A stretch of DNA of 64,000 bases from Antedon mediterranea (taxonomy: Eukaryota > Animalia > Echinodermata), in NCBI RefSeq assembly GCF_964355755.1, contig NC_092672.1:15252001-15316000 (forward strand). Direction: 5' to 3'. Positions 38,540 through 51,795 of this stretch are shown in pieces; the stretch's first letter is position 1; every line of letters begins with the position of its first letter. The translations under genes were made by a program, and so were the position numbers. The notes beneath the pieces are model-generated. The model searched no databases, was not told where the DNA came from, and saw only the letters and a list, made by a program, of their open reading frames with translations.

Positions 38540-38567
38540 AAAAAAAAAAAAAGGGGAAACAGAGGGA
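38540..38567 (+). promoter_or_regulatory. Polypurine tract
   Basis: An A run followed by GGGGAAACAGAGGGA directly before the 3' LTR. Confidence 0.9.
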
Positions 38568-39144
38568 TGTAATATATTGATATACCTTTATATTTAAGAA
38601 ATTGACCTTTGTATCGGAATTCAAATAGGTTCACAAACTTGACCCAGAAAGTCCAAAGGAGAGTTTGTCCAGATGTTTTAATGGCCATTTAGTTTATGAT
38701 AGAGTCCCTAAAGAAAACACTTAGCTTAATTTTGTGACTTTCCCATCGAGTGATCGACACTATTTAAGTACAGATTTGACAGTGTCATCCATCACAGAAA
38801 TACCTTATTATACCGTTAATCACTCCCACTTAAACACCCCTGGATCAACTTAGGACCAATCGTTACCCTCACAGATGATGTAATGACATTATGCAAATGA
38901 ACTGAGCCAATATACCCCCAAGTTTCAGAAGGGCCCAGACACACCTTACAACCACTTCTCCAGAAGCAGACCTACACACACCACACCTCACCGACAGCAT
39001 CATTGATCCTCCGCGTTCCTTATCTATACTTATAGTTGTATATTGTACTGAAGTATTATACTGAATAAACAATATATGTGTTACGACAGTCAAGCGAGTT
39101 AGAGTCTTTCATTAGTACCTCAACAACCCAAACATTATATTACA
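38568..39144 (+). repeat. 3' LTR
   Basis: No difference from the 5' LTR seen by eye. Confidence 0.97.
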
Positions 39145-40539
39145 TTAGTGATGATTTTGAAGGAAACTATATTTTCACATAAAAAAAAAAAAACCTAAAC
39201 ATGATATACCCTCATCACTAACAACCATGGGTTTGGTGGTCTAAATTAAACACTGGTCAGCATCATTGTGCTTTGGTCATCCCGGACTCGGGCACCTCCT
39301 AACCTCCCTAGTAAAAACCATCACTTCTTGCAAGCTAATAATAACCAGTCGCGAGAATAAACCTTCCCCTAAATGTCGGGAAACAAAGTATTATGCTTCA
39401 CAGATAAAAATATTGCGAGTTAAATTTATTCTGTTGTGGGTACAATATCTAATGATATTTAGGGTAACAAGCATTAATAAATTAAAATTATGATTAAATA
39501 AAATTAAATTGGTAAAGAAAAATAAAAAAATATTGGGAATTGAGATGATAGATAAAATGATAAATGTCATACTATAGTTTTCGGTATAGTCAGCATCTCT
39601 ATTCTGCTCCTTCAAAGTTGCTATTTCAATGCCAGAAATTGCATCTGTTTGGTGTCGATCATTTATTAGACAACAACTTTTTATGACATATAATGTTTAT
39701 CTTTTGAATGTTGTTTTCAAGATTCAATGAGCATATAACAGGGACATTAAATAATGTGTCAACAAGGACCATCAGGTAAAGATACACATCAACGGAATCC
39801 AAAAGGGGTTGTTAAGGTAATAAAGTCATTTTCAAACTTGCCACTACTAATTACAGTATTTAATTTTTCGACAACTGACAGTATTCAACTTCCTTGACAG
39901 AAAATGTCAGAAAAATGGAATAGAAACTTTGAATGCAGATGAAGATCTACTAAAATATTACTTTGCCATCATTAAAAAAAGCGAGAAAAAAGACAGAAGA
40001 AGCAAAAAATATTGGAATAATTAGTACTTAAAGAAAACATCTTAAGGAACAAATTTGCAACATCTTTGTAACGCTCTGCACTTGCAAAGAAACAGAGGGA
40101 TGAATTATATTCAAAGCAAGAACTGTTCAGTCCAAAATTAAAAAAGACCAGAAAAGTCAATGAAGTAGACTTCTGTGCCTACATGTATGGTGGAAGTATT
40201 TTGGCGGCGCCAACATTACATTTTCTATGTATGTACTTTGGATGGGAAACTTACTGTGATCCAACTCCATATTTAGGATGGGGTCGAATTATTAAATCCC
40301 AGACTCATTACAGAATTAAGAATCTCTTTTCTTTAAATATATATGAGATATATATGCAGTTATAAAAAGTTGCAGTTGCAGAAAATTAACTGGAATGTTC
40401 TATTGCATTTTGTGAAGGGTGGCCGAATAACTTCTGATACCCATGATCTTAACCTAGATGTGTTAAATGTTCTACTATTTTCATGAGATTAAAAACATCT
40501 TTTCCTACGGTTTCTATATTTTTCCCTTAGAATTATGCC

Positions 40540-42602
40540 AATTAAGCATTATTGTGACATAATATACCTCATATGTCTTATGACATCATAGTTACGTTAT
40601 ATGGTAATTTAAATATGCTAATTGGAAAGTTTAATATCACATTTATATCTACTCGCAATCCACTTAGGTGGTCTAAAACTAACCGTTAAGGAGATATGGA
40701 GCTTCAAAATGGTATAGTAAATAGCGGCCATTTTGAATGTATGCTAACTAACCCAAGGAGAATGTTAAGAAACAAGTTTTCTTGCAGTTCCTAAATCTTT
40801 CGCATAGTATTATACAAATAATGAATGTTTATGAGTGTAATGGTACAAATAATGGCACGAGGTGAATGATGAAAGGTTATATTTCAACGAGGCGATGCAA
40901 TGAGCCGAGTTGAAATATAACCTTTCATCATTCACCAAGTGCCATTATTTGTACCATTACACTCATAAACATTCATTATTTGTATAATACTATGCGAAAG
41001 ATTTAGGAACTGCAAGAAAACTTGTTTCTTAACATTCTCCTTGGGTTAGTTAGCATACATTCAAAATGGCCGCTATTTACTATACCATTTTGAAGCTCCA
41101 CGAATACAAAACATTCATTATTTGTTTTATATAACATCTAAATAAATTCTAGTTATTTGAATCAAATAAAAGGTAGCCCTAGCCAAAGCTTACTACATTT
41201 CATTCACACACATTGATTAAAAACAGTAACATTTCGTTTTTAATAATTTTATATGTTATATTTATATGGATTTCGTAAACACACCTACTTTTGTGTTAAT
41301 TATGTCAACAAACGACCAAACAATCCTAGGCCTAGCAAGGCTAAAACGCCTAGGCTAGGCCTAGCCTAATACTAGCATGGCCTAGGCTAGTACTAGCTTG
41401 GCTGAAAGGCAAAACTTTGACAGACAATTGGAACTTATCTAAGCTAATTATGGTTTTTCCAACAATTCTTGTAGGGATGTCCCCATTAATTAATCAAAAT
41501 CCTAAAAACGATCTAAAGCTAATTTAAATGCCTTTTTGAATGAAATTAGTACATAATGTCCAAATCGTACACAAATATCTGCTGCTGTTGCATATCTCGC
41601 GGTGGTGTTTACAAATGAAACTGAGACCAGACGACAGGTGGCGCTGTTGTATTTCACAGTACAGAGCCATATCATAGGGTAATTTGTGTACTAGATTTTT
41701 TTTCATCCGCGAAACGTTTTTTTTTCGTACACAAATGTTTAAAAAAAAAACGAAACTGAGGCCAGACGACAGGTGGCGCTGTTGTATTTCACAGTACAGA
41801 GCCATATCATAGGATAATTTGTGTACTAGATTTTTTTTCATCCTCGAGACGTTTTTTTTTTCGTACACAAAAATGTTTCAAAAAGTACGATTAAACGATC
41901 GTTTAATAGTGCGTACTATTGCATGCCATGTGACCCACAATCGTCCAGTCAAATGACAGGAATTTATTTAGGTGTTATATAAAATGTCATAATAAACAGT
42001 TATAACATAATATATGACGTCACAACTACCATATGACGTCATAGGTATGTCATATGGATGTTTAATATCACATTTATATCTACTCGCAATGCACTTAGGT
42101 GGTCTAAAACCGAGATATGGAGCTTCAAAATGGTATAGTAAATAGCGGCCATTTTGAATATATGCTAATTAACCCACTTCCTGACGTCCGATTTGGTAAA
42201 CTTTGGAAATAATGTTCATTTCATCAAGGAGAATGTTAAGAAACATGTTTTCTTGCAGTTCCTAAATTGCTCGCATAGTATAATGTCATTTAAACAGTTA
42301 TAACATAATATATGACGTCACAACTACCATATGACATCATAGGTATTTAAATATGCTAATTAGATTGTTTAACATCACATTTATATCTACTCGTAATGCA
42401 CTTAGGTGGTTTAAATCCAACCGTTAAGGATTCAAAAGAGCAAATGGAAGCCGTTTTGAATTTATGCTAATTAACCCACTTTCCGATGTCCCATTTTGGT
42501 AAACTTTGAATATGATATTCATTTGAACCATATTTACCAGACAAAAAAAAAAAAAATTCTGTTGCAATTCGTTCTAGGTTCAACCATATTTTTACTGGAC
42601 TA
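40540..42602. mobile_element. Subterminal ~300-bp tandem units of a DNA element ending ...ACTGGACTA (Academ-like terminus), interrupted by family A
   Basis: TCACATTTATATCTACTCG..CACTTAGGTGG recurs at ~40637, ~42068 and ~42375. Confidence 0.55.
40808..41984 (+). mobile_element. Hairpin-ended element family A (Crypton-like) containing an inverted copy of its left flank
   Basis: The empty site CGCATAGTATAATGTCAT is visible in the paralogous host unit at ~42272-42289; ends TATTATACAAAT and GGTGTTATATAAAA; internal ~133-bp direct repeat at ~41617-41880. Confidence 0.85.
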
Positions 42603-43244
42603 TTTTAATAGTCCAGTAAAAGTAACTTATAAAGCTGGATAAGGCCAGGGTTGGCATTTATCAATATTTACTTATATTTTTGCTTAAGATGAAATATTTA
42701 AGAAGTGCTTAAGTAAATAACTTAAGCTTATTTTAATCAAACCATCTTAGCAATGTCTTAGGCAAATATTACTTGGTGCATGCGCAACGTTAACTACACT
42801 CCAACAATAGAGGGCAGCAATTTTGGTCTTAAGATAAACAATATTTACTAACGTGTGCGTATTACACATGTCTCGACGACAATCGATCAAGATTTTCGTT
42901 GGCGGCGCTATAACAATATATTTTAATATCCAAATAATAGAGGGCACACTCTAGTTACTAAAAAATAAAGTACAACATTAAATTTGTCTCTATAAATGCA
43001 TGTAAAGTATAGGATCAACATAATATTTTCAACATTTTCTTATATTTTAAAAAATTTAATTGCAAATTTGACAGTGATAATTAGTAAATTATCGATGGGC
43101 AAAGCGTACTAGAAATACTTTCAGCAAAGAATAATTATGCGCGTGCGTGAGAACGTTTTAAGTTTGATTGATTGATTTATAATGTTAAAACAGTTCGTCA
43201 CATTAGTACTGATAATAACGTGTCATCATAATATTATACTTACA

Positions 43245-43640
43245 AGGATGGAAAAGGCAGAAAAATAAAAAAGAAATGTTAATTTCACAGGGTCAGAAAT
43301 ATCAGCATTGATTGACAAGTCAGTAAAAGAAAAAATGTAATAAACGGCAGTTTGAGCAACCTAAGGCTTGGAAGGGTGTGCCAATGGATGTTGCAGCCGT
43401 ATTTAAAGTTCGTCGAAGTATCAAGAAACTTAAGAAAAAATGGTCAAACGTTAAAGTTACCAGCAAAAAACGTGGTGCTTTACACAGAATGGAAAGACAG
43501 GTGGAAGGGATGTACCTGCACCTCTCGATGAAGAGTGTCAGAAAGTGTTGGCCACTATAATTTGTGATACCGCCATTTATGGCATCGATGGTGGCATCAA
43601 GAGCACATACGTATCCATCATAACAACTTATGATGAAGGT
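43245..43640 (+). pseudogene. Myb/SANT-like DNA-binding domain relic (PIF/Harbinger accessory gene)
   Basis: KRNVNFTGSEISALID ... KAW ... RRSIKKLKKKWSNVK; a matching coiled-coil tail lies at ~45960-46220 (ERLQIEKQRLQIEK). Confidence 0.6.
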
Positions 43641-43694
43641 AATGTTTTATTAATGTCCTATTACTATACGTATAAAATAATAATTTCATTTCTC

Positions 43695-45887
43695 ATTTCA
43701 ACTTTTACTTAAAGACAAACTTGCTGTAATCTTCCAATTAGACGACCCTGACAAGCAAGCCATAATGTACGATAATGCTGTTAGATCGATTCTTGACGAT
43801 ATCTGCCCAGTGAAAACATGTGTGCGCAAATTTGTTAGCAAGCCAAGCTGGTACACAGATAAGATTGACAGCGAGCGACGTATCAGACGAGGACTTGAAC
43901 GTAGATGGAGAAGGACTAGAGCGACATAGATAAGGCTATTTTTGATGCGCAACAAAAACTTGTATGCAATCTTGTAATTAAGGAAAAAACTACATATTTT
44001 AAATCTATTTTTGTAAACTCTAGACCCAAAGAAATGTATAATGCACTGTATAAACTGTTAGGTAAATCTAAGAGTAGTATTCCTACGTGCCATTCAAACA
44101 AGGTTTTATGTCAAGATTTTGCTCATTATTTTAGAGACAAAGTTGTAAATATAAAGGCTTTTATTGATGATCGTCTAGTTGAAACTAACAGTAGTGGTAT
44201 AGTCACCTTGCCTGTGGAGCAGATATTTATTCCTGAAGACTGATGACATGTTTGAAATAATTAATAAAATTCCTAACAAGTCCAGTCAATTAGACCCTAT
44301 GCCTACATGGCTGCTTAAGAAATGTACTCAGGTGATCTCCCCTGTTTTTACGCACATTGCAAATAGTTCATACACATCGGGTGTTTTTCCACAAAGTCTA
44401 AGAATAGGTGCTGTTACACCTATCATTAAAAAACCCTCACTTGACCAAAATGTTTTGGCAAATTTCCAACCTGTCTCAAATTTGCCAACTCTTGGAAAAC
44501 TAATTGAAAGGCCAGTCTTGAGTGCTTTTAATAATTATTGTATTGAAAACGACCTCATGGAGCCGTTACAATCTGCTTACAAACCCAAATTTAGTACAGA
44601 GACAGCACTGTTAAAGCTTAAAACTGATATCCTGCAGGAATTCTCTAAGGGTCGTGTGGTGATACTGGTACTTCTAGATTTATCCGCAGCCTTCGACACG
44701 GTAGATCACCATATACTTGTAAACAGACTTAAAGATAACTATGGGGTAATAGGAAATGCTAGTAACTGGATTAAAACATACGTCGAAGACAGATATTGTA
44801 AAGTCACTTTAAATGGATCTGAATCAAGTAAATTCCATCTTAGCTCCGGTGTCCCACAAGGGTCCACAATTAGTCCCCCACTTTTTACCACTTACATTAA
44901 ACCTATTGCTGACATTAAGTCTCATGGGATACTTTTTCATCTACCGTATATGCAGACGACACTCAATTGTATACCAGCTTTAACCCTAAAGTGCCAGGGG
45001 ATCTCGAAGTTGCCATTTATAGAATTACTAATATGTATTAATGATCTTAGTATTTGGATGTACAAAAATCATCTTAAACTTAATGAATCAAAAACAGAGT
45101 TATTAGTTTTAACTCCACCAAAAGTCGACATTAGTAATAGAAATATTCAACTGAATATTGGTGAATTTATTGTTAAACCCTCCAACACAGTTAGAAATCT
45201 TGGTGTGGTGTTTGATGTTTTTCTTCATATGACACCCCACATTGATAATGTCTGCCGTACTGTAAATTTTTTCTTAAGGGCATTGCGTAGAATACGAAAT
45301 TGTTTAGACAAAAAAACGTGTACCGAGGCTTTGAGGTCACTAATTCTATCCAGGTTAGATTATTGTAACTCACTATTTGTTGGAATGTCCAAACATAACA
45401 TTTCGAGATTACAAAAGCTTCAGAACCGGGCTGCCAGGTTAATTCACCAAGTACCTATGTTTGTTAGTTCTAGACCTCTGCTTTATGAATTGCATTGGCT
45501 ACCTGTTGAAAGTAGAATCACTTTTAAAGTGTTACTTCATGTCTACAATTGTATAAATAATAATGCGCCCTGTTATCTGAGCAATCTCTTACGGGTGTAT
45601 AGATGTGCTAAGAGAGGCCTGATGTCCGAGATAGATCACACTAGATTGGATCACTGTCTCGAAAAGCGGACCTCTGGAAATAATACTTTCTCAAAATTTG
45701 GACCGGTGATGTGTAACGAACTCCCGTCTGATCCGGGAACAAACCATGGTTTTAAAATTTTAAAAAGCCCTCAAAACACATCTATTTCCTAAGAAGTGAC
45801 TCATTGTTGGGTGTGCTGATGTAAAGCGCTTTGATCATTTTATAGTAATTTGGAAAAGCGCTATATAAATAAAATAATAATAATAAT
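43695..45887 (+). pseudogene. 5'-truncated L2-type LINE ORF2 with (TAA)n tail
   Basis: KSSQLDPMPTWLLK, QSAYKPKFSTETALL, LLDLSAAFDTVDH, GVPQGS, LSRLDYCNSL and LHWLPV; YADD is shifted out of frame near 44948. Confidence 0.93.
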
Positions 45888-46859
45888 ACCGTCCATCCCG
45901 AACGTCTATCATTGATTAAATATTTTGATTAACAGAAAATGGGACTGGCGAAATTTCATGGGAAGACATGATGGGATGCATACCAATACATGTCAGCAAG
46001 CATCTACTACGAAATCAATTTCGTGATACACGAGCTAGACAGGAGCGTTTGCAAATTGAAAAGCAGAGGTTGCAAATTGAAAAGGAAAAAGCTAAAGAAT
46101 GTGAGTAAATTTCTTTACTGGATTTGTCAAACAAAATGATTTATATTATTGAAAAGGAGAGGTTGCAAATTGAAAAGAAGAGGTTAGAATTAGACAAAGC
46201 AACGAAGAACGAATTTTAGGCCATAACTTCTATATAGAATATAAATATAAATATGAAAAACGTACAGTTCAAATTGGACGGAAATCTAAAAAACGCATAT
46301 TTTTTTATTTGATTTTATTTCATCATCACCCTACAGTGACCAAACGTCACCAGGGTTGAAAGTCATAAAATATAATATAATATATACAAGCAAAAATCAA
46401 CAGATAACAAGACAATTTTAAATATTACTGACATTAGACAAAACCTTGTAAGGGAAACAAGCAAGTGAATAAAAAAAAATATCAACAGATCCATCAACTT
46501 TACATAGTGAGTGGTATAACTTTAAACGATTAACATTTTTAGTAATATTTACCCTCCCTCTTGATATAGAAAATAAACCAAGATTACACAATTGATATTG
46601 TGGAACAGAATAGGAAAGTACACTTCAAAATTGCCATGAAAATTGAGTTCATAGCCTTAAAAAAAATTAAATCAAATAACTTGCGCCTATCCGCTAAATT
46701 AATTAGAACGTCTTTGCTAATAGAACCAAATTTACGCACGTAAAATCGACAAAACTTGTTCTGTACACTTTGTAATCTAGAAGACTGGGCAAGAGAAATA
46801 GAGTTGAAAATAACACTGCAGAATTCAAGAGACGACCTAACTAAAGATTTGTATAAAAT

Positions 46860-48243
46860 AACTAATGCCTTAGTTAGCAGTGATCACAACATATGTGATC
46901 ACTGGTTGAGGAAGTATGTTACTGACACAAGAGTCTATAACAACTATTATCTTTCGTCGGATCATAGAATCCTTGTGGGTAATATGACAACACCAGCCAA
47001 CAAAGCAGCCAGGTGGAAGAAGCATAAAAAGAAAAAACAGAGCAAGAGAGCCAACATGAGTAAACTTAAAGATCGAGAAGTAGGAAGTAATGTTAAAACA
47101 AAGATAGAAGAACAAATTAATAAAATTACTTCTCCTGAAAAGACAACAACCACTACATCAACTGAGCGCTATACAACACTTATGACAGTGCTAAATAAGG
47201 CAGTTGAAGAATTCTCGAAGAAAACAAGAAACCAAAATGCTCATCCCTGGGATGGTGATGAAAGACTACAACAGCTTATAAAAGAAAGAAAGAATTAACA
47301 AAAGAGGAGATCAAGGCTATGCAGAAAGCAATTAAGATAAGGGTGAAAGAACTACGGAATGAATATTTGTATGAAGAAGCAAGAAGTTAAATGAAGCCCA
47401 CCAAAATAGAAAAATATTTGATTTATGGAGAAAAGCTAAGGAGCACGTTGATGTTATAAGAAAAGCACCAAAGCCTATAAAATGTCCTGGATTAAGTGAA
47501 CACTTTAAAGATCACTTTAATCCAGACCAATCTAGCCTTAAAATCCCAGATGAAATTAGCACACCTCCAGAATATATAATCAACCTGAGACAACCAGAAT
47601 TTGAGACGATGAACCTCCGTCCAAGAAAGAAATTATTGATGCAATCGGACATCTAAAAGGTCGCAAAGCTACCCTAGATGTCGCTTCTGAAATGTTGCAA
47701 GTCGCCACAGAGAACCCAGTATTCGTCGACCATGTACATAGACTGTTTGAGGAAATTTGGAGAACCAAAGAAGTACCAAGTGATTGGGGACTGTCCAAAT
47801 TAACAACCATTTGGAAAAAAAAAGGCAGTCCACTTGATCCATCAATGTATAGAGGAATATCGATTGGGTCTACATTTTCAAAGATACTTATGGTTATCAT
47901 TCTTTCACGTTTTTCCATTTTTTATGAAAGTCAAGTTCTACGCACACAGTTTGGATTCAGGTCCAACAGAGGGTGCAATGATGCTATATATGTAATCAAG
48001 CAGATCCAGGAAATTGCATATCGCTCAAATCGCAAACTCTATACATGCTTCATTGATTTAACAGCAGCATTCGACCATGTGAATCGTAATCTTCTTTTCC
48101 TAAGCGTTCATAATAGGTTTCACTTAAACCAGTCTACTACTATAATTGACATTATACAATCACTGTACAGCTCAACGAAAGCATATCTTGCTGACGACGA
48201 TCCGAGTGATGATAAGTTCGAAACATCTTCTGGTGTGCGAATA
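46860..48243 (+). pseudogene. RTE-like LINE fragment (end of APE plus RT N-terminal half)
   Basis: LSSDHRIL, YRGISI, QFGFRSNRGCNDAI, FIDLTAAFDHVNR and TSSGVR. Confidence 0.85.
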
Positions 48244-48329
48244 TAGAAATAAAAGTACAATGGTATACAGTATAGGGCAATCTGAGTTGCTAGTGTCATA
48301 GGCATATCAATAAAAAAAAAGTGATGCTT

Positions 48330-49090
48330 GAATGAGATTGGTTGTGGCACCAATGTCAAGTGTCACCTTCACTGGGAAAGGATGATAGGATGTGTTCAGA
48401 GATGGTGCTTGAATAACATTGACTCGGCTGGCTGAAGCTGGTTTGTCGAATAGGTCGGTGGGCAGATCATATTGTGGACCTGGAGTGAGGTCTTCGATAC
48501 AGAGTTCTTCGTTAGGGAGTGTTGTATAGTCATTTTCTGCGTGTACGAAATGTGAATTGCCGAGACTATTTGTATCAGCTGCTCGAAGAAATCTGCTCTG
48601 ACTTGCTGAGTGTGAAGTGTGTGGTCGTTAAGAAGATTGGCACATAATGCACGATTTACTAAAGGCTTGGTTAGGAGCCATTTGTTTGGAGAAATTGTTA
48701 TACTGTGGCCAGTGTGCTTTGTTGAAAATAGCTGTGGGACATGCTTTGGAGTCGGCCTGAGGTTTTTTGGCTGGTAGCGTTGTGATGTTTGGGAGATCCA
48801 AGTTGTGCGCTCACAAAGACTGGAAACCAAAATGCTGGCCAATTTTTTGCCAAATATCAGAAAGAGATGTCGATCGCTTTATAATAGTATTCCTGGATAT
48901 AACTGGGCAAAAGTTGGCGATTTGGCTCAACATATATTCCAGTTGAATATTTTTTTGGTGCGAGGTTTTTCTCGATGTGGCTGAGACAGTGTCCTCATCG
49001 TCAAGTATTCCCCTTGTGGGGTTTCCTGCGGTTTTCATTTTCCAAGTGATAGATAGAGTGGGATCCATGAGCTACCTCCGTATTCCATTT
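48330..49090 (-). pseudogene. Degenerate LTR-retrotransposon gag-like relic
   Basis: [33 protein letters not shown] resembles the N-terminus of invertebrate Gypsy polyproteins; Cys/His residues follow. Confidence 0.55.
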
Positions 49091-49671
49091 TGGGTCTAAC
49101 CATAGTTTTATACAAATACATATAACTAGAGCTTTCAAGATATTTAAAAGACCTACATATCAACCCCAGCATCATATTTGCAGATCTAGCAACTTTGGTA
49201 GTATGAGCCGAAAAATTTGATTTATGATCTATTAAAATCTATTAAAATCCCCAAATCGGTTTGTTGTGTTACACTCTCAATACTCACTTTCGAAGGACCC
49301 TCTCCAATAAAATACTGAGACATACCATTTCTATATCCAAAATGGATTACTTTGCATTTTGTTAAATTAAATGGCAACTGCCAGTCTGTAGACCATCTAT
49401 ACATTGCATCCACATCAGAATCAGATTGGATAACTCTAAACAATTTTTTATCCTTGGCAAAAGCTTGACTTCAGAATGAGAAATAACATCTGGAAGGTCA
49501 TTTATAAATATAACAAATAATAATGGTCCCAGGACACTGCCTTAAGGCACTCCACTAATTATCATCACGTCATTCAGACTTTTTCCCATTGACAACCACC
49601 CTCTGCTTACGATCACTAAAAAAAGCTTTGATCCATCCTAATAAATTTCCAGAAACTTTGTAAGATTTTAA

Positions 49672-50849
49672 TGTGGAGGTGCTCTCAAAAAATTGTTATT
49701 TTACATAACTTTCATCTAAATTAAGGTATTTTTTTAATTTGTTGTATGCTGCATGGTTATTCTGAAAAACATTTAAAAAAATGCCATCTGGGGGGATAGT
49801 TCAAATTACAAACCTTTTTCCCTATTTATTTGCCTGTAAATTGAAAAAAAACCTATGCTTTTTCAAAAAATCTTTAAAAATATATGCAAGTTCCCGAAAT
49901 ATTATACATATATGTTTTCAGATTCTTCGGAAGCCGAATTTTTCATTCCCGATGTGTTTTTAAGGGCTCCAATTCATTTTTGCGTAATTAACGTAATTAA
50001 AAAAACTACCCACTTGAGCCAAGTGGGTAATTTTTACTTTCTAGCGAGTCAATCAATTTGCGCATGCGCGGCCTTTTGGCTTACTTTACTCGACTCTCTC
50101 GCGATCGACTCTCATCCTCCGATCTTCCTTGCGCTCGACTCGATAAACTAGGATATAAAATACATACGAATAATAAGTCTTAAGATTAAGATTCTTTTGC
50201 ATGGTTATTTAAAAAAATCGGATCAAACTGCAATGTTTAATCATGGAGGTATAATAACTCCATGGTTTAATCGTTGGCCTAGACCAGAAAGACTTGGTTA
50301 ACTTATGCGTTTGAACCAGAACCTAGGCCCATACAATCATCACAAACTGCCGACGGCGAAGATGTAAATCAGACTAGGCCTAGGCCCAAGCAACAGAGCG
50401 ACGAATGGAGATTAACCTCACTTGATTGATATCTCTATGTGACTTGTTATGGCACTTGTATACCATACAGTGCTTCATTTTGAAGCAAAAAGTAATAACA
50501 AAAGGCAAGACAATAATAAATTGTGTTCGTTCAATCGGATGTGGATGGATGTCTATTATTATGAGCAGGGAGATGAAAATGGTAGTTAGCGCGTCTTGTC
50601 AGCTCAAGCGATCTGAGAGATGAGGAGACGTGACGTAACATAACATGGTAACGTGACCTTTACAACTAAGGTCATTACCTAACTGCTGAAAAAAATATAC
50701 AGCGAGTTTTCGATATTTTAAAAAATTTTTTTTATTTTTCTGATTTCTCAGAAACTGCTTATTTTGATATGATTTTTTATGTTTGTACCTACTAATATTA
50801 ATATACTGAATTAAATAACAGAAGGAAAAGCCCTGAGTACCCCTCATCT
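49672..50849. mobile_element. TTAA-flanked non-autonomous DNA element (Kolobok-like), degenerate TIRs
   Basis: TTAA at 49668-49671 and 50850-50853; interrupts the CR1 RT at PHGRLLLK|SYKVSG. Confidence 0.65.
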
Positions 50850-51221
50850 TTAACAACAATCTTCCATGCGGAACTTTATCAACTGCCTTCTGAAAATCAA
50901 AATAAATGCAATCAAATGAAAGACCTTTATCCAACCATAATGTCCACAAATCTATAACTTCAATTAACTGAAGCCATGCTGTTGTTCTTTAAGCAAGTTA
51001 CAAGTTTTTAAATGATTATAGATTTCGCAAATTTCTACATGGTTTTGCATAGTATGGAAGTTAGGCTTACATGTCTATAATTCAAAGGTTCACTTTTATT
51101 ACCATTTTTAAACAGAGGTACTATATCAGCTCTCATCCAAGAGTAGGAACTTCTCCTACAGTCATTAATTTGTTAAATAATAAAGTAATTACTCCCCCAA
51201 TAACATCAGCAGTTTCCTTAA

Positions 51222-51795
51222 AGATGTATTGTCCCTTTAAACACAAAAAAATGAAGGTCAAAATATTCTAAATTTAAAGTGGCCATATCAAAGTAATATT
51301 AAAGTTATTCACTTTTAGTCGAAAATTTGAGCCAAAAACAACAAGTTTACGTAATTAACAGGTAAATTAGTTTGATTACATTTCATCTGGAAAATCGTCA
51401 CGAGCGAAAGTAAACAAAGATTTCAAACCATGAGTATGCATTATGCATATGCTAAATTAGGATTGTTTACAAGTCGTCACGGTTAAGAAGGTATTTTCAC
51501 ACAGATCATGAGGAAGTTTTATGATTATGCATACAGAGTAGCCAAACAGAGTAGCCAAACAGAGTAGCCAAACAAGCGCGTTTCATTATGGGATATGTTT
51601 TGATTGAAAACTTTGACTGGAAGTCAAAGTTATTTTTTTAACAAAAAAACGTCTGTATTTCAGTTAAATTTTTTTTTTTTTTGAAAAATTTTTGGTGATA
51701 GTTAATAACTATTATGATACTTCAAAATGACCCACCTTTTTTCGAAATCTGTTATTTTTTATTTTTTGGGAATTAGTCAAAGGGACAATACATCT
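51222..51795. mobile_element. Kolobok-like MITE with perfect 15-bp TIR and TTAA TSD
   Basis: TTAA-AGATGTATTGTCCCT ... AGGGACAATACATCT-TTAA; removal restores the CR1 peptide SRVLKETAD. Confidence 0.9.

Larger units (their letters stand above)
30695..39144 (+). mobile_element. Full-length Ty3/Gypsy LTR retrotransposon, 8450 bp
   Basis: Two 577-bp LTRs with TGTAATATA..TATATTACA ends; TTAG TSD at 30691-30694 and 39145-39148; PBS, PPT, uninterrupted gag and pol in PR-RT-RH-IN order. Confidence 0.98.

Noticed and set aside
37669-38540. env gene in the Gypsy element
   Set aside because: No plus-strand ORF of meaningful length; the region is a T-rich 3' UTR.
44248-45792. Intact 514-aa RT gene
   Set aside because: The YADD motif is in a different frame because of compensating frameshifts, and the element is 5'-truncated.
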